Part shown: one piece after another, positions 18,465-34,107 of the stretch
How the letters are laid out: every line of letters begins with the position of its first letter
Position numbering within the stretch: position 1 is the stretch's first letter
From: the human T2T-CHM13v2.0 reference genome, Homo sapiens
Assembly: GCF_009914755.1 (NCBI RefSeq)
Contig: NC_060936.1
Direction: 5' to 3' (one strand)
DNA length: 64,000 nucleotides
Position numbers and translations under genes: made by a program
Notes under the pieces: generated by a model
Databases searched by the model: none
The model's input: the letters and a program-made list of their open reading frames with translations, nothing else
Told to the model about the DNA's origin: nothing

Positions 18465-18858
18465 ATGATATAGTTTGGATATTTGTCCGTGCCCAAATCT
18501 CATGTTGAATTGTAATCTCCAGTGCTGGAGGTGGGGCCTGGTGGGAAGGAAGTGCTTGGGTCATGGGAGTGGATCCCTCATGGCTTGGTGCTGTCTTGGA
18601 GATAGAGAGTGAGTTCTCTGGAGACCTGGTTGTTGTAAAGTGTGGCATCTCCCCCTCCACTCTCTCTCTCTCTCTTGCACCTGCTTTCCCAATGTGATGT
18701 GCCTGCTCTCCCTCCTGCACCTTCTGCCATGATTGTAAGCTTTCTGTGGCCTCCCTAGAAGCTGAACAGATGCCAGCACCATGCTTCCTGTAAAGCCTGC
18801 AGAACCATGAGCCAATTAAACCCCTTTTTAAGATAAATTACCCAGTCTCAGGTATTTC
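18465..18858 (+). mobile_element. MSTA/B MaLR LTR (3' end cut by an Alu)
   Basis: TGATATAGTTTGGATATTTGTCC...ATTACCCAGTCTCAGGTATTT. Confidence 0.88.
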
Positions 18859-18859
18859 T

Positions 18860-19155
18860 CTCTTTCTTTCTTTTTTCTTTCTTTTTTATTTTTTGAGACA
18901 CAGTCTGGCTTTGTTGCCCAGGCTGGAGTGCAGTGGCATGATCTTGGCTCACTGCAACCTCTGCCTCCTGGGCTCAAGTGTTATAAAAGCTTATTTAACA
19001 ATTTACCTCTGGCTGATATTGTTTGTTTTGTTTGTTTGTTTTTTTAATTTTGAGACAGGGTCTTGCTTTGTTGCCCAGACTGGTCTTGAACTCCTGGGAT
19101 CAAGTGATCCTCCCTTCTCAGGTGGGATTACAGGCATGCACCACTGTGTCCAACT
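18860..19155 (-). mobile_element. Alu fragments (right-arm piece and FLAM)
   Basis: Two antisense partial Alus, 18860-18980 and 19020-19155. Confidence 0.8.
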
Positions 19156-19164
19156 TGACGTAAT

Positions 19165-19468
<304 letters not shown>

Positions 19469-19492
19469 ATAATTCTTTTAAATATGTATTTT

Positions 19493-19856
<364 letters not shown>

Positions 19857-20372
19857 CTAAGTGTACATTGATTTCTGCAACTGAGTTCTTACTATGGGTT
19901 AGGCAATATTATAGGCAGGATAACATGTGGAGAATAAGACAGACAAGGCCTCTAATTTACAGTCTATATTCTAGGGGTGCTATTGGTAATGAAGTATATA
20001 ATAGTCAGTGAATATACAGTGTAATCTGTTATGACATTATTCCCAGAATCCCTGTCTAGGAATCATTGAAAAGGAATTACATTTTCTAGACATGGGCATT
20101 AGCAGAATGCTGGACTTAACAATATTTTCTCATGTGACAATAGGCAAGTTGCTTCCTCTCTATCTCAAAATTTCTTTTAGAGAATAATTTATTTTCCATT
20201 CATCATAATTTTAAAATGGACTATCATTAGGGCCTTTAATTCTTTAATTTGTAGGCTGGCAATGGAGACTGGTTAGGACCTATATTAAATGATAGTCCAC
20301 AGGCCACATGACGCTTGTTTATCAATTGGTAGATTTTATTTTACCTTTAATAATCACCATCAGGAGGTTTCC

Positions 20373-20669
20373 TTTTTTTTTTTTTTTTTTGAGATGGAGT
20401 CTCGCTCTGTTGCCTAGGCTGGAGTGCAGTAGCACGATATTGGCTGACTGCAACCTCCACCTCCTGGGTTCAAGCGATTCTGCATCAGCCTCACGAATAG
20501 CTGGGATTACAGGCGCATGCCACCACGCCCGGCTAATTTTTGTATTTTTAGTAAAGTTGGGGTTTCATCATGTTGACCAGGCTGGTCTCGAACTCCTGAC
20601 CTCAAGTGATCTGACCTGCCTCCGCTGTTTAAAGTGCTGGGATTACAGGAGTGAGCCACCATGCCGGGC
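20373..20669 (-). mobile_element. AluS
   Basis: TSD CAGGAGGTTTCC. Confidence 0.93.
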
Positions 20670-20762
20670 AGGAGGTTTCCTTTTTAAAAAACATTTTAAA
20701 TGGCTACAGGCATGTGCCGCCATGCTTGTCTAATTAAAAAAACAAACAAACAAAAAACATTT

Positions 20763-21201
<439 letters not shown>

Positions 21202-21556
21202 AGGAGATTTCTTAAAAGAATATCCATGTCCAGTGGAAAGGGATAGGCAGCTAAGTCTTGAATAGTTAAAGTCTTAGTGTGCATACATTTTTTGATAAAA
21301 AATAATTGAATTACTTGTCATCTCATTACATTGAAATGAGGCACACATTCGTAAGTGCCTCATAAAGGAAAACCAGTAATGACAAGACATGAAATGTATT
21401 GAGTAATTTACCATACTCCAGGTACTCTGCATTTCAGTTTATTGACTCTTCACAACCACTGTAGGATTTAGGGACTATTATCAGTCCTGTTTTTCACATG
21501 AAGAAAGTGAGGCCCAGAGAGGGGTTAAGTAACTTTCTCAAATAAAAAATTTACTT

Positions 21557-21821
21557 GGCCATGCACAGTGGTTCTTTCCCGTAATCACAGCACTTCAGGA
21601 GGCTGAGGTGGGAGGATCGCTTGAGCCCAGGAGTTTGATACTAGCTTGGGCAACAACAACAAAAGTAGCTGGGCATGGTGGCATGTGCCTGTAGTTTCAG
21701 CTACTCAGGAGGCCGAGGCTGGAGGATTGCTTGTGCCCAGGGGGAGTGAGGCTGCCAGTGAGCCATGATCACAGCACTGTACTCCAGCCTGGGCAACAAA
21801 GCGAGACTCTGTCTCAAAAAA
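21557..21821 (+). mobile_element. AluJ with internal deletion
   Basis: Diverged dimer. Confidence 0.88.
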
Positions 21822-21875
21822 TTTTTAAATGATGTTTCTCATGTTACTTCCTCAAGCTGGCATATGAGTTTATTT

Positions 21876-21985
21876 TAGGTGACCAGCTATGCTGGTTTGC
21901 CCAGGATCGTTCTGGTTTTAGCACTGAATGCTCATGTACTAGGAAAACCTTCAGTTGCTGGCAAACCAAGATGGTTGGTTACACA
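21876..21985. mobile_element. MER81 (hAT-Blackjack MITE)
   Basis: GGTGACCA...GGTTTTAGCACTGAA...TGGTTACAC terminal inverted repeats. Confidence 0.75.
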
Positions 21986-23082
21986 GATATTTCTTTTAAT
22001 TATTTAAATCCTGTGTTGATTAGACTGTTGTTACAGGAGGGTGCTTCACTAAAGTCATCCTCACAAATGGTTGCTCATTCTTCTTTCAGGGTAGGAGTCC
22101 CACTGGATTCTCTAATCCAAAGCCTATTTCAGTATTATGTCAAACCTCACTCATTTTCATTCTATTTACAGTGACTCTTTGTTTATAATGAATGTTAACT
22201 TTGGCATAAAATGTTTAAGTAGGAGCATCCTGAAGAGCCTACTCTGGGGCATGGGGATGTGGAGATAAGCCAGAAAAGGTGAGTCAGTACAGAATGGCGT
22301 AATACAAGAAATGTCCCCAAGGGCCAGAGTAGACAGTGAGGCCATCACGTAGACATCACTGTTATTCAAGTCTGCTGATGATCAGGTGTTCATTTCTGCT
22401 GCCTGAAGTCAACCTGACTAGTAACGTTTTGAGATTCTCAATGGGGAGTAACTCTAGACAGAGTCTCGAACATGTGGGACGGTATTGAAACTACAAGTTT
22501 AAACTTGATATGTGGAATACGTTAAGATTATTAGACAACATATCAGTAATGGAGTGTTAGCTTCAGTGCTAAGTGGGAAATTGAAGCAGTCCTATTTGTT
22601 GTTGATTGCCATTATCTAGTGTCTTTCATTTACCCAACAATTATGTGTTGAGTAATTTCTGTAGACAAGAAACGATGTTGGTGCTAAAACGAATATAAAA
22701 TGGAATGAGATTCTGTCCCTTTCCTCAAGTAGCTTATGTCCTAATAAGGAAGATGATGCATTCTCCTAAGTAACCAAGGAACCTCTACTTCAAGGAATCT
22801 CATGGAAAGAAATTATAACAATTAACTTATTGGGCATATTGTGGAGGGACTGATGTCCAGATTAAAAATTTAAACTTTATTTAGTAGGTGGTAGGAAACT
22901 ATAATTGCTCTTCATCTCACTCTGATATGCAGATTCATTTGTTATTATCCATCTTTCCTCTCTAAAATGTAAATTCCATTGCAGTTGAGACTTTGTTTTG
23001 TTTTATCGCTGTTATTGCCAGCACCCAGAACCTGGCACCTGATAAATTCTTAAATATTTGTTCATTGTTGGATGGATTACTC

Positions 23083-23452
23083 CAGAGGTTCTCAAACTTT
23101 CTTTGTTCGTAGTGTTCTTTGTGCCTTAGAGACTTTTTATGGCACCTCTAGGCAAAACAAAAAGAAAACAAAAACAACACAAAATTAACCGTTCTATTGA
23201 TTTCCAAACAGTACTGTACTTGCTTTTTAAAGAAGTCACAGTAACCATAGAAACTCAGCTTCACAAAAATTTGACATCAATGAAAGGAATGTAGTGCGAT
23301 CTCATGGTGAAACTGATTTACTGTAGGCTAGTAGTTCATGCAGGGCCTGACAGATGTCAAGATATGCTTCACCTGAAAATTTAAAATAGCTTGTAGTAGC
23401 CATGCAAGTTTTCTGCTGTGCCCTTTGGCACCTTGGTGCACAATTTGAAATA
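23083..23452. mobile_element. hAT-Charlie-type DNA transposon fossil
   Basis: CAGAGGTTCTCAAACT terminus; degenerate opposite end CACAATTTGAAA. Confidence 0.5.
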
Positions 23453-23633
23453 AAAATAGTATTTTGAGTCCCTATGTCTTTACTCTTCGTCTATAGGACA
23501 TATTTCTATGGTCCTACAAAATTTAGTACTTCTAGTGAGATTTGGCTTTTTCCAGCTGCTCTAGTCGCTGGGCATAAGCCATTGAATATATCACAAAGAC
23601 AAAACTGATTTGTGTGTTAAGAGTACCAAAATA

Positions 23634-24008
<375 letters not shown>

Positions 24009-24178
24009 TTATTACAACAATGTGTCATGTAGAACACTATTCCTATGAGATGCTCCAAGAAAAAAAGAGACCAATATTCAAATAAAGGTGTGAAATCTGC
24101 ATATTACTGTATTTGTCCTCAGTAAAAGTGACATTAATTATAAGTCTTGTTGTTGATTTAATAACTTTTGGAGAAAAG

Positions 24179-24477
24179 GGTGGGGCGTGGTGGCTCATAC
24201 CTGTAATCCCAGCACTTTGGGAGGCAGAGGCCATCAAATCACCTGAGCCCTGGAGTTCCAGACCAGCCTAGGCAACATAGCAAAACCCTCTCTTTACAAA
24301 AAACACACAAAAAAACTTAGCTGGGCATGGTGGTGTGCATTTGTAGTCCCAGCTACTTGGGAAGCTGAGTTGGGGATGATCACCTAAGCCTGGGAAGTCA
24401 AGTCTGCAGTGAACTGTTATTGTGCCCACTCCAGTGTGAGTGACAGAATGAGACCATCTAAAAAACAAACAAAAAAA
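24179..24477 (+). mobile_element. AluJ
   Basis: Diverged dimer. Confidence 0.88.
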
Positions 24478-24608
24478 CCCTTTGAGAAGCCGTATATTTT
24501 TTAAAGAAGGCTTATTTTTGTTTTACTTTGGGTTACCCGAAGTTACTCGACCACAATGCCTTTTTTCATATATCACCTATTCATATATTGCAACTCCAAT
24601 GATCATAC

Positions 24609-25214
24609 TGTCAAGAGACATTTGAACCAGAGTGACTCCATATTGAATAGGGGCTCAGTAAAATGAGGCTGAGACCTACTGGGCTGCATTCATAGAAGGT
24701 TAAGGCATTCTTAGTCACAGGATGAGATAAGAGGTCGGCACAAGGTACAGGTCATAAAGACCTTGTTGATAAAACAGGTTGATAAAGACCTTGTTGATAA
24801 AAGAAGCTGGCTAAAACCCACCAAAACCAAGATGGCGATGAGACTGACCTCTGGTCATCCTCACTGCTACACTCCCACCAGGGCCATGACAGTTTACAAA
24901 TGCCATGGGTCAGGAAATTACCCTATATGGTCTAAAAAGTGGAGAAAACCTCAGTTCCAGGAATTGCCCACCCCTTTCCTGGAAAACTCATAAATAAGCC
25001 ACCCCTTGTTTAGCATATAATCAAGAAATAACCATAAAAATGGTCAACCAGCAGCCCGTGGGGCTGCTCTGCCTGTGGAGTAGCCATTCTTTATTCCTTT
25101 ACTTTCTTAATAAACGTGCTTTAACTTTACTCTGTGGACTTGCCTCAAATTCTTTCTTGTGTGAGACCCAAGATCCTTCTCTTGGGTCTGGATTGGGACC
25201 CCTTTCCAGTAACA
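24609..25214 (+). mobile_element. MER41 ERV1 solo LTR
   Basis: TGTCA..TTTGAACCAGAG..GAGACCTACTGGGCTGCATT; ends CCCCTTTCCAGTAACA; TSD ATAC (24605-24608 / 25215-25218). Confidence 0.92.
24955..24984. promoter_or_regulatory. Tandem GAS (STAT) motifs in MER41
   Basis: TTCCAGGAA (24955-24963) and TTCCTGGAA (24976-24984) both match TTCN3GAA. Confidence 0.6.
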
Positions 25215-26441
25215 ATACTACAAGAAATGCTGGCTTGACATGCAGTAGTTTAAAAATGTATCCATACCATTTGATTCAAAGGTGTTCAAAAGAATGTTTT
25301 TAGGAACACTGAATTTTTTTCAGATCAGATTTCCCACTAGATGGTAGTGTTACAACATCAAAATCCTTCACAATAATGGCCTAGCAGCTCTAATTCAATT
25401 CCACAGACATTTACTGAGTGCCTGCTGTGTGTAAGATACTGTCTAATTCTATGTAGGCTAATGACTGCTGAAACAAGGATCCAGGCCTTTTCATTCCCAA
25501 GCAATGCTGTTTCCCTTATACCCTGCATACGCACTTAAGAAAGCAACTGCCCAGTGTCCTTAGCTAAGAGTCTTTGCAAAGCTATATACTTATAACCTTG
25601 CGAAAGAAAATGTTCTAAGGAGTTTATACAAGAAGGCACATCTGTTTTTGAGAATGCAAAAGTAGGTGCACAACAGCTCCACGAAACCTTAAGAAAATGT
25701 TTAATGAGCTCCTAGATCCCAGGAAGGTGAGGGAGATAGTCTATTCTAGAAAGAGTTCAGCTCCAGGAAAAACAGAGCAGGCCTAAAGCAGTTATAACAC
25801 ATATGATTAATACATATACTCTAGGTTACAGTGTGATGCATGGCCTGGACACCTGTCTTATGATTTTGAAGCTACTTGCTAGGCTGGTGTGTAATGTTGC
25901 CACAAGAAGCAACCTTAAGGGCTAGCTAGTTTGAGACCTCTATTTTGTAAATGAAATAGCTGAGGTTAAGGGAAAAATAATTTGTCGGGATCACAGAAAG
26001 ATCTCTAGAACACACATGAACAGGGTAAAATCTAAGCAGATGTGTCTTTAGATTATTGTTCTGGCTGTCACCATTTCAGGGACCTCTGATCTATATATTT
26101 TTTCTGTGAAGTAAAGCACAATTTCAGGGCTGGTACATTGTGATTCTTGCTGCCTGTCCACAGCTTGTTTTCTTCATGATCCCTGTATTATAAGCAGAAA
26201 TCTATCCGATTCACAGAACTCTCTAAGTTCTTCTATTGTGGAATGGAGTCATCTCTGCATCCCCGGAGTCTGGCATGGTGCCTAGCACCTGCTCAGGAAT
26301 CTCATAGGGATGGGTGCATTTATTTTGACCCATCCCCTCATCACCATGTAAACTACAGACAGATAGCCATGCTGATGTACTGGGGGTGAGATGGTTAGTT
26401 TGATAAAACCTTCAGAGCCCTCCTTCATTTTTGGTAACTTC

Positions 26442-26734
26442 TTTTTTTTTTTTGAGACAGGATCTCACTCTGTCACCCAGGTTAGAGTGCAGTGGCATGA
26501 ACTTAGCTCACTGCAGCCTAGCCCTTTTGAGTTCAAGTGATCCTTCCACCTCAGCCTCCCCAGTAGCTGGTATCGCAGGTGTGCGCTACCACACCCAGCT
26601 AATTTTAAAATTTTTTTGTACAGACGAGGTCTTGCCATATTGCCCAGGCTTGTCTTGAACTCCTGGGCTCAAGCAATCCTCCTGCCTTGACCTCCCAAAG
26701 TGGTGGATTATAGGTGTGAGCTGCTGCGCCCAGC
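26442..26734 (-). mobile_element. AluJ
   Basis: Antisense diverged dimer. Confidence 0.9.
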
Positions 26735-26761
26735 TTCGGAAACATGTGTTTTTAAGAATAA

Positions 26762-27141
<380 letters not shown>

Positions 27142-27788
27142 CATGATTTTATATTTATAAACTCCTTCACTATGATATTTACACACATATTTCTAGTTTC
27201 ACCTAGGATTTTTTCATATTGGCATTTGAATCTTTAGTCATTCTAGATTTTATTTTTGGGTAGTTTTCTAACACCATTCATTAACTTATCTATCCTTTCC
27301 TCACTGTTTTGAAGTGTTATATTTGTCACAATTTTAAAAAATATATAATTGGATCTGTTTCTAAAATTTTATTATATTTTACAAAATTATATTTTTATTG
27401 CTCTGATTTTTTCCTGTGGAGAGAATGGTATGTATTAATTTTTTTCTTTGGAACAAATGGATAAACACATTTAATAAATATTGTTACTATTTAATATGGA
27501 GATGATTAGCTAAGTGAACAATATACTCAATATTATATAAATTGACAGACTTATGAAGAACTAGTTTTTATTGATGTAAAAGCTTGAGATTATGGGAGGT
27601 GACCAGGGACTGTGTGGTCACCTGAGCTGAAGGGGTTTGCACATTTTTCACATATCCACTCTCATGGATATCTCAGGTAGATCTTGCCTATGTTTGGAAA
27701 ACATAGTAATTGAAAATCAATCTAGAAAACACATTGTCTCCTTTTCTGGAGACCTAACTCTTACATTTTTAAAGACTGTTGAAGGCAG

Positions 27789-28294
27789 TGAGGTAGGAGG
27801 TGAAACTTGACAACAGAGGCAGGGCTTGGACACTGGACCAGATTGAGGACTAGCTAAAAATAGCTGGGGCAGAAGCAGTTTTCAATCAGACAGGCCCACC
27901 AGTGTGCCATGTCAGTTTACCATTGCCATGGCAACGCCCGGGAGTTACTGCTCCTTTCCAGGATAAATGACCCAATGATCCAAAAGCTACTACCCCTTCC
28001 CTAGAAATTTCTGCATAAGCCACCCCTTAATCTGCATACAATTAAAAGTGGTTGTAAATATGACTGCAAAACTGCCCTGAGCTGCTACTCTCTGCCTAGG
28101 GGTGGCTTTGCTTTGCAGGAACAGTCACAGGGCTGGAACACCACCGAAGCTGTAACACTACCTGTTCAATAAAGCTGTTTTCTTCTACCTCTGGGTTGCC
28201 CTTGAATTCTTTCCTGGGGAAAGCCAAGAGCCCTCATGGGCTAAGCTCCACTTTGGGGCTAAGCTCCACTTTGGGGCTCTCCTGCCCGGCATCA
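27789..28294 (+). mobile_element. ERV1 solo LTR (MER66-like)
   Basis: TG...CA termini, AATAAA, TSD GCAG (27785-27788 / 28295-28298). Confidence 0.75.
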
Positions 28295-30039
28295 GCAGGA
28301 CCAGAATAATCCTCAAGAGCAAGATCAAAATGTTCTCATTTTCAAGTTTCTGAAATAGAACAAGAAAAAAAAAAGCATAGATAATAGTAGATTGTGTGAG
28401 TTCATTATGAGGATTAAATGAGATATCAAAAAGTTATCCAGCCCAGATTAGATGACTAATGATATTATCTTTTCTAAAAGAAGTTCTATGTTATCCTTGT
28501 GGGCAATAGAGACTTTAGTAGACTTTAGTAGGAATATAGAAAAGAAGAAATTCCTCAAAATATGGAGCTGATCAGTCTTCCTCCCATTGGATAAAATAAC
28601 AACTGCATAGATCAAAATAAGCATTAGATTTACATTTTTGGAAATGTGGAATGTTTTGCTTTCTCTGTAACTCTAACATGGAATATGCACCTAATGCTAC
28701 ACTCCACATGAAAGTCTGTGCTTTGACTGTATGGGTAGAGTAACATTTTTGTTTGTTTTTTGAGGAGGGACGACCACATATACCTTTGTTAGTAGTTCCA
28801 TAGGTTAGGTCAAATGTACGGTTCTTTAATTTGGAAGTATACTGTAGAACTGTAGCAGATATCTTGTTAATGAGAAAATTACTAATAGGTTAAGCTAGGA
28901 TGTATTGATCTTTGTTCTTGAGGAGAAACTGTCAAAGATGCTATCACTGTAAGTCTGATGCTCCAAGGTTGGAAACCATTGTATTGAGTTCAACAGCTTT
29001 GTATCAAGTCAAGAGTTTTGCACATCTTTTGTTTTGCCATTCAAAAACCACACCTTAGCTTAGTGGCACTCATGAGCTCAGCCAGATTATGGAAATCCAC
29101 AGCCTCCTGAGCTGGATACATGTCTATTGTTACATGCCACTGAGGTTTTATGGTTGTTTTTTATGCAGCATTGTTGTGCCATAGATAAATGATATACCTA
29201 GTTACATTTATTTAACATAAAGAGACATTATTTTAATTTGTTGACAAATTAGAAAATAAAGAGTGAAACAGTCCTTAATCTGTAAAATCTGACCATTCTA
29301 AGTTTCTGTGTTGGAATTTTTTTTATAATTTAGATATCATTATCTTCATATGCCCAGATGATCGAATTGACTATGATTTTTCAGGATCTAGCTGAAAAGT
29401 CAGGGAGGTAGCTTAGCAGAACTCAGTGCACAGAGATTTGGGAATCATTTCCCAGAGAAGTCTGTGCCTTGTTGCTTCATGGCTGTTGGCGGTTCTGTGT
29501 GAATTGCTCTATGCTCTGGATGAGGTAGCCTGGTCTTTGCATTTCTCTTTCTTCTCAGCTTCTTCTCTTCATTATTTGAAGTCATGTTTCACCTTTCTGG
29601 AAATTTGTGTGTTTCACTTTTTACTAGAACACCTGTTTGAATAGTCCATTACCATTTATTTTCTGAGTTATGCGCAGCTGATGAAAAACAGAATTTTGCA
29701 CTTGGGAGGAACTGCATAAGTAATCATCCTCCCCGCTGTCTGATAAGGAAACTGAGATTTGCAAAAGTTATATCATTTTGCCCCCAGAGCACTCAGCAAA
29801 TTAATTGGAGAAGTAGAATTTGAGACCATGGACTGCTAGTCTAAATGTGCTTTAATAATCTCAGGAGTGTTTCCTCAGGGACAGAGAAACATTCCCCCTC
29901 CTCTCCCCTCCTCACAGCCTTCTCACTATAGAGGACTCTGGCTTGGCCTCCCCTTCCCTCCCCTCAGCAGAAAGGTTTGGTGTTGCCAATCTCAGTAAGG
30001 TTAAGTTTAAGCCAATTTGCTTTTGTAAGCGTAAATAAA

Positions 30040-31020
30040 TGAGAAAGAAAAAAAATATTCCTTTTTGCAAAAGGGAAAGACACTCCATCCTTTTCCTCAG
30101 AGCATTTTCTTTAGAAAACTTGGGATTGTAAATTCTTTCTCTGTCCTTTTAAGTTGTATAGAAACTTTTTCTTTTTTTCTTTTGAGGCGGAGTCTCGCTC
30201 TGTCACCCAAGCTGGAGTGCAGTAGCACAACCTTGGCTCACTGCAACCTCTGCCTCCCAGGTTCAAGTGATTCTCCTACCTCAGACTCCTGAGTAGCTGG
30301 GATTACAGGTGCCTGCCACCACACTCAGCTAATTTTTTGTATTTTTAGTAGAGACGGGGTTTCGCCATGTTACCCAGGCTGGTCTCGAACTCCTGACATC
30401 AGGTGATCTGCCCTCCCAAGCCTCCCAAAGTGCTGGGATTACAGGCAATAGCCACCCTGCTCAGCCAAGATGTATATAAACCTTTTAAAACCTAAATAAG
30501 CCTCCTGCCTGCTTTACAACCAAGGAATTTTTTTTAAAGGAACAGGGAACTATCTCTTTGAAATGTAATCATCAAGGAATATAGTGTCCCTATCTCTCAG
30601 TTTTTGTGAGATGACAGGAGCTTAGTTTCATGGACGCCTCACTCCTAAACTACCTCCAGTTATAAAGATATGAGAAATTTATCTTTCTTTTGGATAAAGC
30701 CAGTTTGCAAACACAAATGGCCACTGCAATTATCAGGTAAAACTGGGATGTGTGTGACGAATAGTTCTGTCAAGTCCTGTTCCTTGGGGAGTAGTTATTG
30801 TTAATCTTGAGAACATGTATGTAATGGGATGTGTCTGCTTAGCTATATAAAAGGGTGAGAGTCCTTTCTATCTTTGCAATCTTAGTGGAATGCCTGTGAT
30901 ATGTGTCATATTCTGGTTTAATGCTTATTTGATAATAAAACTGTGTCCTTTCTCCTCTACTTTTCTGGAGACGGTTTTTGAGTTGGCAGGGTATTCTGTT
31001 TTTAATTATATTTTTCCAAC
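30040..31020 (+). mobile_element. ERV1 LTR (MER34-group), Alu inserted
   Basis: TATATAAAAGGG, AATAAAACTG, ends TTCCAACA. Confidence 0.6.
30166..30466 (-). mobile_element. AluS
   Basis: TSD AAG.TGTATA.AAAC. Confidence 0.93.
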
Positions 31021-31539
31021 ACATGATAAATAGTAGTGAGACAGAGGGAGATAATAGGAACAAAAGTTGCCTAGACTATAGAAGAATTTTTAGGTGGTTT
31101 GAAGAGAGAAACAGACTCAAGAGGCACTTCAAGTAAGAGTGTGGGTGGGAGAAGAAAAAGAGAATGTCCAACAAGTATTATTAGGCAGGATATGTATCTT
31201 CTTTCCTTCACAGCATTGAAGAAATAGAAGTAAAGAACTTGGATTAAAAATTGAAATTACTTTTGCTAACATGGATCATGAGTATTGACTATATTGGGTT
31301 AAAAATTGAAATTGCTTTGGTTATATTTTATTTTATTTTTTTTTTAACCCATAACATCACTCTGGGCCTAAACAAAACAAAGCACAGTTTATAGCAATAT
31401 AAGTAAAATGAAGATTTATGTTCTGAAATCTTATCTTCCTTCAGTTGCATTCAGATAGGACACATGCCTCAAACTATTTAGCATCCCCTAACTAGATTTA
31501 TCTTCCAAAAACACTTGAACAAATGTATCAAAAGAAACG

Positions 31540-32380
<841 letters not shown>

Positions 32381-32386
32381 ACATAA

Positions 32387-32711
32387 GGCCAGACACAGTG
32401 GTTCACACCTATAATCCCAGCACTTTAGGAAGTTTAGGTGGGTGGATAGTTTGAGGCCAGGAGTTCAAGACCAGCCTGGGCAACATAGTGAGACCCTGTT
32501 TCCACAAAAAAAAAAAAAAAAAAAAAAATTAGCTGGGCATTATAGCAGGTGCCTGTAGTCCAAACTACTCAGGAGGCTGAGGCAGGAGGATCCCTTGGGG
32601 CTTGAGGGCAGGAGTTCGAGTTTATAGTGACCTTTGATTGCACCACTGCACTCCAGCCTGGGTGACAGAGCAAGAATCTGTCTCTTAACAAAAAAGAAAG
32701 AAAGAAAGAAA
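32387..32711 (+). mobile_element. AluJ
   Basis: Diverged dimer, long middle A-run, (GAAA)n tail. Confidence 0.9.
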
Positions 32712-32775
32712 GCATTATTTCTAAATCTATGTATTTTTTATGTTAATTTGCTTTTTTGGTAAGAGCTTTATTGGG

Positions 32776-33072
32776 CTCAGCAAACTAACACAGCAACAGA
32801 CAACCAAATACCGCATGTTCTCACTCGTAAGTGGGAGTTGAACAATGAGAACACATAGACACAGGGAGGGGAACATCACACCCTGAGGCCTATTGTGGGA
32901 TGGGGGGCAAGGGGAGGGATAGCATTAGGACAAATACCTAATGCATGCAGGGCTTAAAACCTAAATGATGGATTGATAGGTGAAGCAAACCACCATGGCA
33001 CATGTATACCTATGTAACAAACCTGCACATTCTGCACATGTATCCCACAACTTAAAGTAAAATTTAAAAAAA
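32776..33072 (+). mobile_element. 5'-truncated L1PA7/8-like 3' end
   Basis: GGACAAATACCTAATGCATGCAGGGCTTAAAACCTA...CTTAAAGTAAAA. Confidence 0.88.
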
Positions 33073-33306
33073 TGTTGCCAAGTTACAAATGTCATAACTA
33101 TTTGTCCAGTACCTCTTGGTGTTACCTTGTCAGAAGCTAACGATATTACAATAAATAAAATAAAACTGCATATATTTTAAAAAATAGTTTTATTGGGACA
33201 TAATTCACATACACCTTTGTTATTTTTACATTTCTTTTGTTAGGTTTCATCTGAGGTTTTATAAAGCTATTGTTATTATTATTTACTATAGTGGATATCT
33301 TTTTAA

Positions 33307-34003
<697 letters not shown>

Positions 34004-34107
34004 CAAAATTATATTTTCTAAATCTAATATAGGAAATGCTTTTGAAGTACATTTATAATAAAAAACTACTTCCACTCAAAACATTTTAGCATTGTTTAAA
34101 GAATTTA

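Noticed and set aside
28238-28278. 18-bp repeat as a CRISPR-like or regulatory array
   Set aside because: A simple tandem duplication without spacers inside an LTR; eukaryotic context.
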